From Nitrospirota bacterium (GTDB lineage Bacteria; Nitrospirota; Thermodesulfovibrionia; SZUA-242): DNA of 64,000 bases. Below are positions 47,649-57,177 of this stretch, piece by piece (position 1 is the first letter of the stretch; each line of letters begins with the position of its first letter). A model generated the notes under the pieces. That model did no database searches and was not told where the DNA came from. It worked only from the letters and a program-made list of their open reading frames with translations. Position numbers and translations under genes: made by a program. The stretch is from positions 7,482 through 71,481 of the forward strand of contig JACRHH010000024.1 in NCBI GenBank assembly GCA_016212095.1, read 5' to 3'.

Positions 47649-48863
47649 ATGAAATTTGATAAATCAATGCGCGTAAAAACAGGCATCGACCGGATTAATC
47701 AGCGCTTTCCCGCGCAGCTTCGCGCCTGCCGCGTTGGCTTGCCGCGCGCCTGCCGCGTTGGTCTAATCGCCCATCAGGCGTCTGTCGATTGCCGTCTGCG
47801 CCATGCCGCAGACATCTGCCTCGCCTCGAAGAATTTCCGCCTGGCCACCCTGTTCGGCCCGCAGCACGGGTTCACCGGACACACTCAGGACAACATGATC
47901 GAGTGGCATGGATTCCGCGATCCGCGCACCGGGCTTCCGGTTTACAGCCTCTACGGCGAAACGCGCAAGCCGTCGCCCGACATGCTGGACGGCATCGACG
48001 CTCTTGTCATCGACATGCAAGACGTTGGCGCGAAATATTACACATTTATATGGACGATGGCGCTCTGCATGGAGGCCGCCGCCGAGGCGGGCAAGGCGGT
48101 GGTTGTGCTCGACCGCCCGAATCCGCTTGGCGGCGCGATGGAAGGCCCGGCAACCAGGCCTGAATGGGCGTCGTTCGTGGGCCTGAAACCGCTTCCGGTT
48201 CGCCACGGCATGACGATTGGCGAGATAGCGCTTTATCTCAAGGGCGAGTTCTATCCTTCTGTCGATCTCACGGTCATTCCCATGCGTGGCTGGCGGCGCG
48301 GGATGTATTTCGATGAAACCGGCCTGCCGTGGGTGATGCCGTCGCCCAACATGCCCACGCTCGACACAGCGATTGTCTATCCGGGCATGTGCCTGCTCGA
48401 AGGAACCAACATCAGCGAGGGGCGCGGCACCACGAGGCCGTTCGAGCTGTTCGGCGCGCCGTTTATTGATTCCGCCCGGCTTATCGCCCGGCTGAACGAT
48501 TTCCGGCTTCCGGGTGTTTTCTTCCGCCCAGCCTCGTTTCTGCCCACGTTTCAGAAACATGCCGGAGAACTCTGCGGCGGGGCGCAGATTCATGTAACCT
48601 CGCGTCGGGCGTTCAAACCGTTCAAAACCGCAGTGGCGATCCTGAAAGCAGTTCGCGAGCTCTGGCCGGATGAACTTAAATGGAAAGAGCCGCCGTACGA
48701 GTACGAGTCTGAAAAGCTGCCGATAGACATACTGGCCGGAAGCGACCGGCTGAGAATGGGGATAGATTCGGGCGAGGGGCTTGACGCGATGGAGAGATGG
48801 TGGGCCGCGGAATGCCGCAGCTTCGCGCGGCGATATGCGGAGAGGTATCGATTATATGAATAG
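47649..48863 (+). CDS. namZ: Exo-beta-N-acetylmuramidase NamZ (DUF1343)
   Basis: LFGPQHG, YSLYG, DMQDVGAKYYT, VLDRPNP, RHGMTIGE, PSPNMP, SEGRGTTRPFE. Confidence 0.88.
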   Translation: MKFDKSMRVKTGIDRINQRFPAQLRACRVGLPRACRVGLIAHQASVDCRLRHAADICLASKNFRLATLFGPQHGFTGHTQDNMIEWHGFRDPRTGLPVYSLYGETRKPSPDMLDGIDALVIDMQDVGAKYYTFIWTMALCMEAAAEAGKAVVVLDRPNPLGGAMEGPATRPEWASFVGLKPLPVRHGMTIGEIALYLKGEFYPSVDLTVIPMRGWRRGMYFDETGLPWVMPSPNMPTLDTAIVYPGMCLLEGTNISEGRGTTRPFELFGAPFIDSARLIARLNDFRLPGVFFRPASFLPTFQKHAGELCGGAQIHVTSRRAFKPFKTAVAILKAVRELWPDELKWKEPPYEYESEKLPIDILAGSDRLRMGIDSGEGLDAMERWWAAECRSFARRYAERYRLYE

Positions 48864-50814
48864 ATCGGGCGGTTTTACCGCCTTCATTCCGGCAGCCGGT
48901 TTCGGCACGCGGTTGCGGCCCATAACCAATCACATGCCCAAGGCTCTTTTGCCTGTAATCGGCCAGCCGCTTGTCGGGCTTGTTGCGGCGCGTGTGGTTG
49001 AGGCGGGTGCATCTGCCATTGGCATAAATGCGCGTCACCTGCCGGATATGATTGCGGCATGGGCGGCGGAGTTGGAGTATGCAAAACTCATAACGCTGTT
49101 TCGTGAGCATGAGGTTCTTGGCACAGGCGGAGCCATATGGAACGCGCGCGATTTCCTGCGCGGCGACTACTTTCTGCTTCACAACTGCGACATCCTCTCT
49201 GACATCGATCTGCGGCGGCTGATCGCGCATCACGAGGCGTCCGGCAACCTGATAACGCTTGCGGTGCATGACAGGCCGGGGCTGAATAATCTGCGATTGA
49301 ACCCGGACGGCTTGCTGGTGGGTGTGGAGAGAAGCAACTCCCCCCTTGCCCCCCTCAATGAGGGGGGTGGCGAAGCCGGGGAGTTTGCCACTACAACTCC
49401 CCCCTTTACAACTCCCCCCTTGCCCCCCTCATTGAGGGGGGTGGCGAAGCCGGGGGGAGTTTCTTCTTCCGCCTACACCGGCATCGCCGTCTATTCCCGC
49501 CGGTTCATCGATTACCTGCCCGTCGGCCCGTCCGATGTGGTGGCCGGATGGCTTCGAGCGGCTGCCATCGGTGAGAGAATCGGCGCGCTCGATTTCACCG
49601 GATGCTTCTGGGAAGACCTCGGCACGCCAGCCGCCTACGCCTCCGTTGTCTGGCGGATGCTCCGCGCCGAAGGCGAACGCGCGTTTTTCAATCCCGCAGC
49701 CAGGGGCTGCAACATGGCGGCGCTCATGGGCATGGCGTCGGTTGAGGCGGGCGCGCGAATAACCGGCCCGGTTACGTTCGATCATGCAATCGTGCTTCCT
49801 GGCGCGAATATCGGCGGCGGCGAGGCAGTGATGGAGGTAATTGCCAACTCAATCGCCGGGCCGGATTATCGAATAGCCATACCGCCGCCCGATGACGCCG
49901 GCAATGTTAGCGGCGGCGGTTCAGACCGGGTTTACCGGCGCGTCCGGCGTGATGGCGGCACGGTTATTTCGATGTCAACTAGCTCAACCGATCCGGATTA
50001 CGAGCGCCAGATTGCGTATTCAAGATATTTCGCCGCGCGAGGTATTCCGGTTCCGAGGCTGATCGACGCCGACGCCGATGCGCGAACAGCCGTTTTCGCC
50101 GATCTTGGCGACCGCTCGCTCTACACATTCGGCAAATGCGCCGAAGCGCGCGGGCTTGTCGAGCCGGTTTATCTGGCGCTGATGAAAACAATGGCGCAAC
50201 TCCACGCGCCGTTCGATGCAGAAGCCGCTCCGGCGTTCCGGATGTTCGACTACGAGCATCTTCGATGGGAAACCTATTATTTTTTAAACGAATTTGTGCG
50301 CGGGCTTTGTGGCATGGAACCTGCTGATCCGAAGCGTCTGGACGCCGAATTCCATGCGCTTGCCGTGAAGGTGGACGGCTTCGGCAAGCGGATTGTGCAT
50401 AGAGACTGCCAATCGCAGAACATCATGCTTGCGCCCGATGGCTCCCCGTATCTCATTGACTATCAGGGCGCGAGGCTCGGCCCGCCCGCCTACGACATGG
50501 CGTCGCTTCTGTGGGATCCGTATGTGCCGATGCCGGATGATATGCGCGAAAGGCTGGTTTCGGCGTATGAAGCCGCGCGGAAAGAGAACGAGGGCGCGGC
50601 GTTCGACATGGCCGAGTTTCGTGCGTCGCTTCTGCCATGCCGCCTCCAGCGCCACATGCAGGCGCTTGGGGCCTACGCGTTTCTGTCCGGAAAGAAGGGG
50701 AAGACGTATTTCAGGAAGCACATCCCGGCGGCGGTTGAGATGCTTCGCGCCGAGGCGGCTCTGGTTGCGGATGAGATGCCGGAGTTGGCGGGGGTTGTGA
50801 GGGGGCTGAAGTAA
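48856..50814 (+). CDS. MurU-like nucleotidyltransferase fused to AmgK-like phosphotransferase
   Basis: AAGFGTRLRP..PKAL, LGTGG, WEDLGTP; GGSDRVYRR, DLGD, HRDCQSQNIM, IDYQG, YDMASLL, QRHMQALG. Confidence 0.85.
   Translation: MNRSGGFTAFIPAAGFGTRLRPITNHMPKALLPVIGQPLVGLVAARVVEAGASAIGINARHLPDMIAAWAAELEYAKLITLFREHEVLGTGGAIWNARDFLRGDYFLLHNCDILSDIDLRRLIAHHEASGNLITLAVHDRPGLNNLRLNPDGLLVGVERSNSPLAPLNEGGGEAGEFATTTPPFTTPPLPPSLRGVAKPGGVSSSAYTGIAVYSRRFIDYLPVGPSDVVAGWLRAAAIGERIGALDFTGCFWEDLGTPAAYASVVWRMLRAEGERAFFNPAARGCNMAALMGMASVEAGARITGPVTFDHAIVLPGANIGGGEAVMEVIANSIAGPDYRIAIPPPDDAGNVSGGGSDRVYRRVRRDGGTVISMSTSSTDPDYERQIAYSRYFAARGIPVPRLIDADADARTAVFADLGDRSLYTFGKCAEARGLVEPVYLALMKTMAQLHAPFDAEAAPAFRMFDYEHLRWETYYFLNEFVRGLCGMEPADPKRLDAEFHALAVKVDGFGKRIVHRDCQSQNIMLAPDGSPYLIDYQGARLGPPAYDMASLLWDPYVPMPDDMRERLVSAYEAARKENEGAAFDMAEFRASLLPCRLQRHMQALGAYAFLSGKKGKTYFRKHIPAAVEMLRAEAALVADEMPELAGVVRGLK
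49336..49461. repeat. In-frame insertion of two palindromic repeat copies inside a CDS
   Basis: AACTCCCCCCTTGCCCCCCTC(AAT/ATT)GAGGGGGGTGGCGAAGCCGG..GGAGTT at 49336 and 49410; near-identical to intergenic 22490-22540. Confidence 0.9.
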
Positions 50815-50843
50815 CGCGGCGGGGGGCTACATATATGCCGGTA

Positions 50844-51053
50844 TCAGGCTGTAGTCAGCTCGGCTTCAAGCGGGTTTCCCTTCCGAAAGCGGCTTACGTT
50901 GAATATGCTGAAGCCGATGATATGTCCCTCGGTGTCTATCCGCTCCATGACATCATCGTGAGATGTTTCCTTCTCATATCCGGCTGCATCCGAGAAGCGC
51001 ACCTCAAGAAAATCCGCTTCAGCATCGAACCATACTTTCAGCTTGTCGGCCAT
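50844..51053 (-). CDS. DUF2283-family small protein (putative antitoxin)
   Basis: KVWFDAEADFLEVRF...DTEGHIIGFSI. Confidence 0.8.
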   Translation of the reverse strand: MADKLKVWFDAEADFLEVRFSDAAGYEKETSHDDVMERIDTEGHIIGFSIFNVSRFRKGNPLEAELTTA

Positions 51054-51349
51054 AGTGTTTCTCCTGTTTTCGGTCTGTCGGTCAGATATGATGTGACCGC
51101 AAACGCGTCGCTCTCACTGTATTTCACCACAACACATAGCCATTTGTCCCCAACCAATGTCCGGGTGTAATACTCGTAAAAAAGCCTCGTCGTTTCGTCG
51201 GAGCGCGAACGGCGCACGAATTGAGGAAGTTTCAGCACATGTCCGATCTCCGATGCCAGGTCAATCATTTCCGGATGTTCCAGAATGTGGGCAAGTCTTT
51301 CGTCCGTAAGCCTCACCATGTTGCCGAAGCAGTCTTCGAAAATCTTCAT
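51038..51349 (-). CDS. Putative RelE/BECR-fold toxin partner of DUF2283
   Basis: RLTDERLAHILEHPEM...KWLCVVVKY...VTSYLT; overlaps downstream gene. Confidence 0.65.
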   Translation of the reverse strand: MKIFEDCFGNMVRLTDERLAHILEHPEMIDLASEIGHVLKLPQFVRRSRSDETTRLFYEYYTRTLVGDKWLCVVVKYSESDAFAVTSYLTDRPKTGETLWPTS

Positions 51350-51370
51350 CGTAGAGTAACGGCCTCCATG

Positions 51371-52300
51371 TTATCCCATCCCCCGCAGCCGTTCAACCAA
51401 TTCCGCCATGTCGGCGGGCGGGGCAACCGAGCGGAAGATTTCCTCGCCGGTTGCCGGATGGATTATGCCAAGCGTTTCGGCATGTAGCATCTGGCGCGGG
51501 ATTTCAAGCCCGCCGACGCGTGTCTTTTTCCCGTAAACCGCGTCGCCAAGCACCGGATGGCCGGTTGCCGCGAAATGCACGCGAATCTGGTGCGTTCTGC
51601 CGGTTTTAAGCCGCGCCTCCACCAGCGACGCGCCCCTGAACAGTTCGATTACGCGCCAGTGCGTGACAGCCTGCTTTTTCTCGTGGCGCGTTCTGGTGGT
51701 CATGCGCTTGCGGTCGCTGTCCGATCTGCCTATCGCCGCGTCGATGACGCCCGATTCCACGCTCATCCGGCCATGCACAAGCGCCAGATAGCGCCGCGTG
51801 ATCGTCCGGTCATCGAACTGCTTCCGCAGATGATGATACGCCTCGTCGGTCTTGGCCACCACCATCACGCCCGATGTGTCTTTGTCTAGCCGGTGAACCA
51901 CGCCGGGGCGAAGCGGGCCGCCAACCGACGCCAGATGATCGCAGTGGTGGCGAAGCGCGTTCATGAGCGTGCCGCGCGGATGCCCGGCAGCCGGATAGAC
52001 CACCAGCCCGGCGGGCTTGTTCACCATTATCAGATGATCGTCCTCGAACAGGATTTCAAGCCGAATCGGCTCAGGCACAAGTTCATCGCCGGAATTATTT
52101 GTCGGCGGAATGTCGATGGAAACAACATCGCCAAGCCGCAGGGTTCTGTTTGTTTTGAGCGCCGGATGGCCGTTTACCGAAACGCGCCCGGCTTCGATCA
52201 GCTTCTGAATGCCTGAGCGGCTTGTTTCTGCCATTTTGGCGCATAATGAGTCCAGCCGTCCGCCGGTGTCATCGGCGGAAACCGTGAATTGCAGATTCAT
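51371..52300 (-). CDS. rluD: RluA-family 23S rRNA pseudouridine synthase
   Basis: S4 domain, NKPAGLVV, VHRLDKDTSG, TGRTHQIRVH, QMLHA. Confidence 0.92.
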   Translation of the reverse strand: MNLQFTVSADDTGGRLDSLCAKMAETSRSGIQKLIEAGRVSVNGHPALKTNRTLRLGDVVSIDIPPTNNSGDELVPEPIRLEILFEDDHLIMVNKPAGLVVYPAAGHPRGTLMNALRHHCDHLASVGGPLRPGVVHRLDKDTSGVMVVAKTDEAYHHLRKQFDDRTITRRYLALVHGRMSVESGVIDAAIGRSDSDRKRMTTRTRHEKKQAVTHWRVIELFRGASLVEARLKTGRTHQIRVHFAATGHPVLGDAVYGKKTRVGGLEIPRQMLHAETLGIIHPATGEEIFRSVAPPADMAELVERLRGMG

Positions 52301-52311
52301 GTGGCTGTAAC

Positions 52312-52341
52312 AAAAAAGCCGGAGCCTCGCGGCTCCGGCTT
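52312..52341 (-). terminator. Intrinsic terminator after carbonic anhydrase
   Basis: Minus strand AGCCGGAGCC-GCGA-GGCTCCGGCT-TTTTT. Confidence 0.8.
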
Positions 52342-52356
52342 GAACGGGCGCTTCAA

Positions 52357-53181
52357 TTACTTTGTTTCCATGACCGCGCGCTTGTTTACAGGCTGAACCG
52401 GACGGGCGTTAATGCCCATCGCCTTGGAGAGCTTCGTTATCTGATCCTTCGAAGCCTCGATCGGCGTCTTCATCACGCTCCAGTTCACGCCCTCGCTGCA
52501 CGGCGGAGTGGTGAGCGAGCCGCTGTAATGGAAGTAGGCCGGGCTTGCGGGCATCATCTCGGTGGCGTTGATGTTCACGCTTGCGACTGTCTTCTCCTTG
52601 TTCTTTTCCTTCGGCATGTTCTTTATGATCGAGGCCAGCATTTTGTTCTCCTTGCCTTCCTTGAACATCACGCCGACCACCGCAAGCTCGCCCTTGTCGT
52701 TCTTGTGTACGAGGTGAACCTCTATCAGGGCGGGTTTGCCGTCGATCAGGTGCTCGCTTGGGCCGTGAAAATGGAACTGAACGAGTTCGAAGGTCTTGCC
52801 GTCAACCGTGAACGTGCTTCCGGGCGCGTAGTTGACCTGAATGGTGTGGCCGTTGTTCAACAGTTTGAGGGGTGCTGCCTTGTAGTCGGTTTTCAGGTTT
52901 TCAAGCGCTGCCGCGGTTGTATTCTTCAGATCGATCGGCGACTGCGACATGCCGGTTTTACATGCTGCAAACTTCTCCTCCAGATCGCCCCAGTGCGCCG
53001 GGCCTGTCGGGCCTTCATAGCTCCAGTGCGGGGCATGTGCGGCGTGCGAGTCATGCTTTTTGGCGTCATGTTTTGCCGGCGCCGGATGTTTTGCGTCGCC
53101 ATGATCTGCCGCGAATCCGCCCGACACTAGAACAAGCGACAGCGCAAACGCCGCCGGAACGGCCCAAAATGCTTTCTTCAT
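52357..53181 (-). CDS. Periplasmic alpha-carbonic anhydrase
   Basis: Signal peptide, HWSYEG, QSPID, NNGHTIQ, QFHFH, SEH, EVHLVH, GSLTTPPC. Confidence 0.95.
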   Translation of the reverse strand: MKKAFWAVPAAFALSLVLVSGGFAADHGDAKHPAPAKHDAKKHDSHAAHAPHWSYEGPTGPAHWGDLEEKFAACKTGMSQSPIDLKNTTAAALENLKTDYKAAPLKLLNNGHTIQVNYAPGSTFTVDGKTFELVQFHFHGPSEHLIDGKPALIEVHLVHKNDKGELAVVGVMFKEGKENKMLASIIKNMPKEKNKEKTVASVNINATEMMPASPAYFHYSGSLTTPPCSEGVNWSVMKTPIEASKDQITKLSKAMGINARPVQPVNKRAVMETK

Positions 53182-53258
53182 AAACATCTCCTCCTGAATT
53201 TTCGGTTTCCCGCGATTAATAAAAAGCCGCGAAAGGCTGATGCCCCCGCGAAACATCA

Positions 53259-53777
53259 TCAGATCATGCCGCCGGATTGAAGCTTCCGCCACGTTTCGCG
53301 TATCGTCTCAACGGAAATGCGGTATTCGCCGCCCTCCTGGCCGCCATGCAGAATAACCGGCGAGCAGCTTCCCAGACCCTCTTTCAGCTCCTTAAGGGGA
53401 TAGTGAACCCCGCAATATACGCATTCGAGAGCCGTGCCGTCAATCCGGTAACCTTTTCTGTACGGATAGCATTTCCGGCAGGCGTCAAGGTACGATTCGA
53501 TCTTGCCGTCTATTCTTACGATGAAGAAATTGATTTTCTCGCCGCCAATATCTATGGAGTAAAAAACCGGCTTGCCCTCGGCAATCTCCGATGTCTTTAC
53601 CGTCACGACGCCGTCGCGCACGGGAGGCGCGGAATACGTGGAACGCGAACTGCACGAAGCAAGCGTCAATAGCGCCAACGCCAACGCAAATGCCAACGCA
53701 AGCGCAAGCGCAGACGCAGACGCAGGCATGGCGATGCGTAACGGTGCATCTTTGGCATATCGGCTATGAGCGGTCAT
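53259..53777 (-). CDS. DUF2318-family Fe-S lipoprotein
   Basis: Lipobox LASC; DACRKC, CVYCG, GSCSP. Start uncertain. Confidence 0.75.
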   Translation of the reverse strand: MTAHSRYAKDAPLRIAMPASASALALALAFALALALLTLASCSSRSTYSAPPVRDGVVTVKTSEIAEGKPVFYSIDIGGEKINFFIVRIDGKIESYLDACRKCYPYRKGYRIDGTALECVYCGVHYPLKELKEGLGSCSPVILHGGQEGGEYRISVETIRETWRKLQSGGMI

Positions 53778-53904
53778 CGGAACTGAAAAAGAATACAGCA
53801 AAATCGCGGGAGATTCCAGCATGTAACGTTTATTGCAAGCCGGATGAATTCTTGCCGTCCGTCCGCCGCGCGTGATAACTTACCCACGATATGGGGAGCG
53901 CGCG

Positions 53905-54558
53905 TTGACCGGCATACTGGGAGGAACCTTCAATCCCGTCCACTTCGGCCATCTACGGGCAGCGGAGGAGGTGAGAACTGCGCTGGGGCTCGATTCCGTC
54001 ATCTTCATTCCTGCCTCGCGCCCGCCGCACAAGACGGAAGAAATAGCCGACGCATCGCATCGCATGAACATGGTTCGCGCCGCCATAAGCGGGCATCCGG
54101 CGTTTTCGGCGTCCGACATCGAAATCAAACGGCCTGACATATCCTATTCCGTCAATACGCTGGAAGAGCTTCGCCGCCTGCGTCCCGGCCACGAATTCTG
54201 TTTCATCCTTGGAATGGACGCGTTTCTTGATCTTGCGTCGTGGAAAAGCCCTGAGCGGGTCGTTTCGCTTGCCGACATCGCGGTTATAACCCGTCCGCCG
54301 TATCGTTTCGCCGAGCTGGCCGCTTCGCCGTTTCTTCAGGGTTTTCAATCGGACACGCTGGCGGCGATGGATTCCGGCGGCGCAAGGGCTGAAAGCGTGA
54401 AAATGCTGTCCGGAAGATCGGCGCATATTGTTCCCGTCACCGCAATGGACATCTCATCGACGGCGATACGACGGATTGTAAAAAGCGGGGGAAGCATTCG
54501 TTACCTCTTGCCAGAGGCGGTTGAGTCCTATATACTTTTCAACAAGTTGTACCAGTAA
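53905..54558 (+). CDS. nadD: Nicotinate-nucleotide adenylyltransferase
   Basis: GILGGTFNPVHFGH, PPHK, ILGMD, DISSTAIR. Confidence 0.95.
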   Translation: MTGILGGTFNPVHFGHLRAAEEVRTALGLDSVIFIPASRPPHKTEEIADASHRMNMVRAAISGHPAFSASDIEIKRPDISYSVNTLEELRRLRPGHEFCFILGMDAFLDLASWKSPERVVSLADIAVITRPPYRFAELAASPFLQGFQSDTLAAMDSGGARAESVKMLSGRSAHIVPVTAMDISSTAIRRIVKSGGSIRYLLPEAVESYILFNKLYQ

Positions 54559-54579
54559 AACCGGAGGTTTGCACCAGTC

Positions 54580-54960
54580 CTGGATACCCTCAGAAAAACG
54601 CTTGTGGCAGCGCAGGCAGCCGCCGATAAAAAGGCCAGCGATATAGCGATACTTGAAATGGGCGGCGTTTCCGATTTCACCGACTACTTCATCATTTGCG
54701 ACGGCGACAACTATACGCAGGTTCAGGCGATAACGGACAGCATCGACGAAACCATGCGCAGGCGCGGCGTCAGGCCGCTTCATGTGGAGGGATACGAGCC
54801 GGGCGCAAGCTGGATTCTTATGGACTACGATGATTTCATCGTGCATGTCTTCACGCGCGAAGTCCGTGAGCATTATGGCATTGAAAAGCTCTGGATGGAC
54901 GCGCCACGGATAAAATTTGAGGAAGATACGTCTCGTCTGGGTAGGAAAAACGAAGGATAG
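54580..54960 (+). CDS. rsfS: Ribosome silencing factor
   Basis: DKKASDI, TDYFIIC, WILMDY, REHYGIEKLW. Start uncertain (CTG 54580 or GTG 54604). Confidence 0.9.
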   Translation: MDTLRKTLVAAQAAADKKASDIAILEMGGVSDFTDYFIICDGDNYTQVQAITDSIDETMRRRGVRPLHVEGYEPGASWILMDYDDFIVHVFTREVREHYGIEKLWMDAPRIKFEEDTSRLGRKNEG

Positions 54961-55369
54961 CTTCATCGGCGAGGCTATCGAAAAATACCTCAAGCTGATT
55001 TCGCCGTACATGAAGGTTGAGGTTGTTGAACTTCGCGAGGCAGCCGACGCCGATCCGGCTGCGGCTCGCAAGCGGGAGGCCGCGAGGATACTGGAGAAGA
55101 CCTCGTCGTTTGTGCTGCTTGACGAGGGCGGTGATGAAATGACATCGCCGGAATTCTCCGGATTCATCAGAACACTGGCGGAGTCGTCGGCATCCATGGA
55201 TCTGGTGATCGGCGGCGCGTTCGGGACTTCGGACGAGGTGAAGGGCGCGGCGGCGCGGAAGATCGCGCTTTCGCGCATGACGTTCACGCACCAGATGACA
55301 CGGATCATCCTGCTTGAACAACTGTACAGGGCGTTTACAATAATCAGGGGGAAGACGTACCATTACTGA
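54917..55369 (+). CDS. rlmH: 23S rRNA (pseudouridine1915-N3)-methyltransferase
   Basis: VGK, LDEGG, IGGAFG, LSRMTFTHQMTR, LEQLYRA, YH. Confidence 0.95.
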   Translation: MRKIRLVWVGKTKDSFIGEAIEKYLKLISPYMKVEVVELREAADADPAAARKREAARILEKTSSFVLLDEGGDEMTSPEFSGFIRTLAESSASMDLVIGGAFGTSDEVKGAAARKIALSRMTFTHQMTRIILLEQLYRAFTIIRGKTYHY

Positions 55370-55419
55370 ATGTTGAGTCTCATGGCATATACTAAAAATT
55401 TCTTTCGCATGGTGCGCAA

Positions 55420-56733
55420 ATGAACCTTTTCATGCTTCTCATCCTTATAGTGTTTCTGGCCGTGACGGCGGTGCTCACGTTCCTGAACATCGATCCGACA
55501 ACCGTATCCCTCTGGCCAGGCTATACCTATCAAGCCCCGAAGTTTGGTCTGATGCTCATTCCGTTTGTGTTTGGCGGCGTGCTTGTGTTCATCGCCTATG
55601 TCATTCGCGACACGAAGCGGTACATAGACGGCTGGAAAGACCTCAAGATGAAGCGCCGGGAAACGCGCATACACGATCTCTACTCAAAGGGCGCAAACGC
55701 CGTGCTGGGCGAAAAGCCGGACGATGCGCGGGATTTCTTCCGGAAGATACTTGAGGAGCGCCCGGATCACCTCGACACGCTCATGCGCCTTGGCGATCTT
55801 GCGATGAAATCCGGCAGTCTCAAGGAGGCCGCCGATTATTACAAGAAAGCGCGCGAGGGCGAGCCAAGGAATCTGGAAACGCTCTTTTCACTTGCCCGTT
55901 GCCTTGACGCTGCCGGCAAGCAGGAAGAGGCGATGGGCATCTACGACGAGATACTGCGCATAGACGAGGACAGCCTTGCCGCGCTTATGGCAAAGCGCTC
56001 CCTCTACGAGCGGATAGAGCGGTGGGACGAGGTTAACGAACTTGAGCGGCGGGTGATAAAGCTTCAGGCGAATCCGGCGCTTCGGGCGGCTGAGCAGAAA
56101 TACCTGATCGGCTTCAAGTACGAGCTTGGCAGGTACAACCTCGAAGGCGGAAATCTTGAAAAGGCGGTGCGCGCATTCAAGACAATCCTGCGCATCGACA
56201 AGAATTTCGTGCCGGGCTATCTTGGGCTTGCCGAGGTGTTTCTGCGCGAGGAGAAGTCCGACAGCGCTGTCGAGCTTCTCGAAAACGGCTACGGGGCCAC
56301 CGGCTCGCTCACACTTCTGATGCGCCTTGAAGACCTTCTGCTGAACCTCGGCGACCCGAACCGGATCATCGGCGTGTATCAAAAGACGCTTGCATCCGAT
56401 CCTGGCAATGCCAAGCTTCAGTTCTTTCTTGCCAAGCTTTATCACAGGCTTGAGATGCTGGACGATTCGTTCGACATCCTTTCGAAGCTGGACACCGGCG
56501 AGGTTTCCTATCCCGACAAGCACAAGCTTCTGGGCGACATCTACATGCGCCGCGGCAACCACGAGCTGGCCGCGCAGGAGTTTCGCAAGGCCCTCGGCAT
56601 GAAGCGGATGATGGTGATTCCGTACAAGTGTTCGTCTTGCGGCCACACGCGGCAGGGATGGTCGGGGCGTTGCCGCGGCTGCGGGCAATGGGATACGCTG
56701 ACGCTGGAACCGGCGGCGGAAAAGAGAAGCTGA
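55420..56733 (+). CDS. LapB/YciM-like TPR protein with N-terminal LapA-like membrane hairpin
   Basis: Two TM helices, TPR repeats, C-terminal YKCSSCG...CRGCGQW. Confidence 0.75.
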   Translation: MNLFMLLILIVFLAVTAVLTFLNIDPTTVSLWPGYTYQAPKFGLMLIPFVFGGVLVFIAYVIRDTKRYIDGWKDLKMKRRETRIHDLYSKGANAVLGEKPDDARDFFRKILEERPDHLDTLMRLGDLAMKSGSLKEAADYYKKAREGEPRNLETLFSLARCLDAAGKQEEAMGIYDEILRIDEDSLAALMAKRSLYERIERWDEVNELERRVIKLQANPALRAAEQKYLIGFKYELGRYNLEGGNLEKAVRAFKTILRIDKNFVPGYLGLAEVFLREEKSDSAVELLENGYGATGSLTLLMRLEDLLLNLGDPNRIIGVYQKTLASDPGNAKLQFFLAKLYHRLEMLDDSFDILSKLDTGEVSYPDKHKLLGDIYMRRGNHELAAQEFRKALGMKRMMVIPYKCSSCGHTRQGWSGRCRGCGQWDTLTLEPAAEKRS

Positions 56734-56766
56734 AAGCGCAAGCTGACCGGTTTAGCCGGAAACAAT

Positions 56767-56800
56767 AAGGCGGCGGAAGGGTTAACCTCCGCCGCCTTTG
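56767..56800. terminator. Hairpin terminator between convergent lapB-like gene and tRNA-Leu
   Basis: AAGGCGGCGGA...TCCGCCGCCTT. Confidence 0.7.
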
Positions 56801-56824
56801 TTGTCTAAAGTCCATCGATGAAGA

Positions 56825-56911
56825 TGGTGCCGAAGGCGAGACTCGAACTCGCACGGCCTTGCGACCACCAGACCCTGAACCTGGCGCGTCTACCAATTCC
56901 GCCACTTCGGC
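56825..56911 (-). tRNA. tRNA-Leu(CAG)
   Basis: 87 nt with long variable arm, anticodon loop TTCAGGG, GTTCGA, CCA end. Confidence 0.97.
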
Positions 56912-56927
56912 GCACCGTCAGATTGAA

Positions 56928-56957
56928 AGTATAAATTCGGCGATGGCGTTGTGTCAA
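56928..56957 (-). promoter_or_regulatory. Sigma70 promoter of tRNA-Leu
   Basis: Minus strand TTGACA-N18-TATACT. Confidence 0.65.
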
Positions 56958-57109
56958 ATTCAATGCGGTTTTGTGTCAAGAGTTCATAATCTGTCCGGTT
57001 CCATCTATGTCCGGCGAATGAGAAAAAGGTGATGAGCCGGGAGATGTGGCAGGGTCTTGCAAGTATCCCTTCCGGCTTGACAACCAGCCGGTGTACCTGT
57101 TTCAATGTA

Positions 57110-57136
57110 TTAGCACTCTCACCAAGGGAGTGCTAA
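57110..57136 (+). promoter_or_regulatory. CIRCE operator (HrcA binding site)
   Basis: Perfect TTAGCACTC-N9-GAGTGCTAA upstream of hrcA. Confidence 0.97.
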
Positions 57137-57177
57137 TTTGTATTGATCGGCTAACACCGGGACAGGCAGCGCAATAC

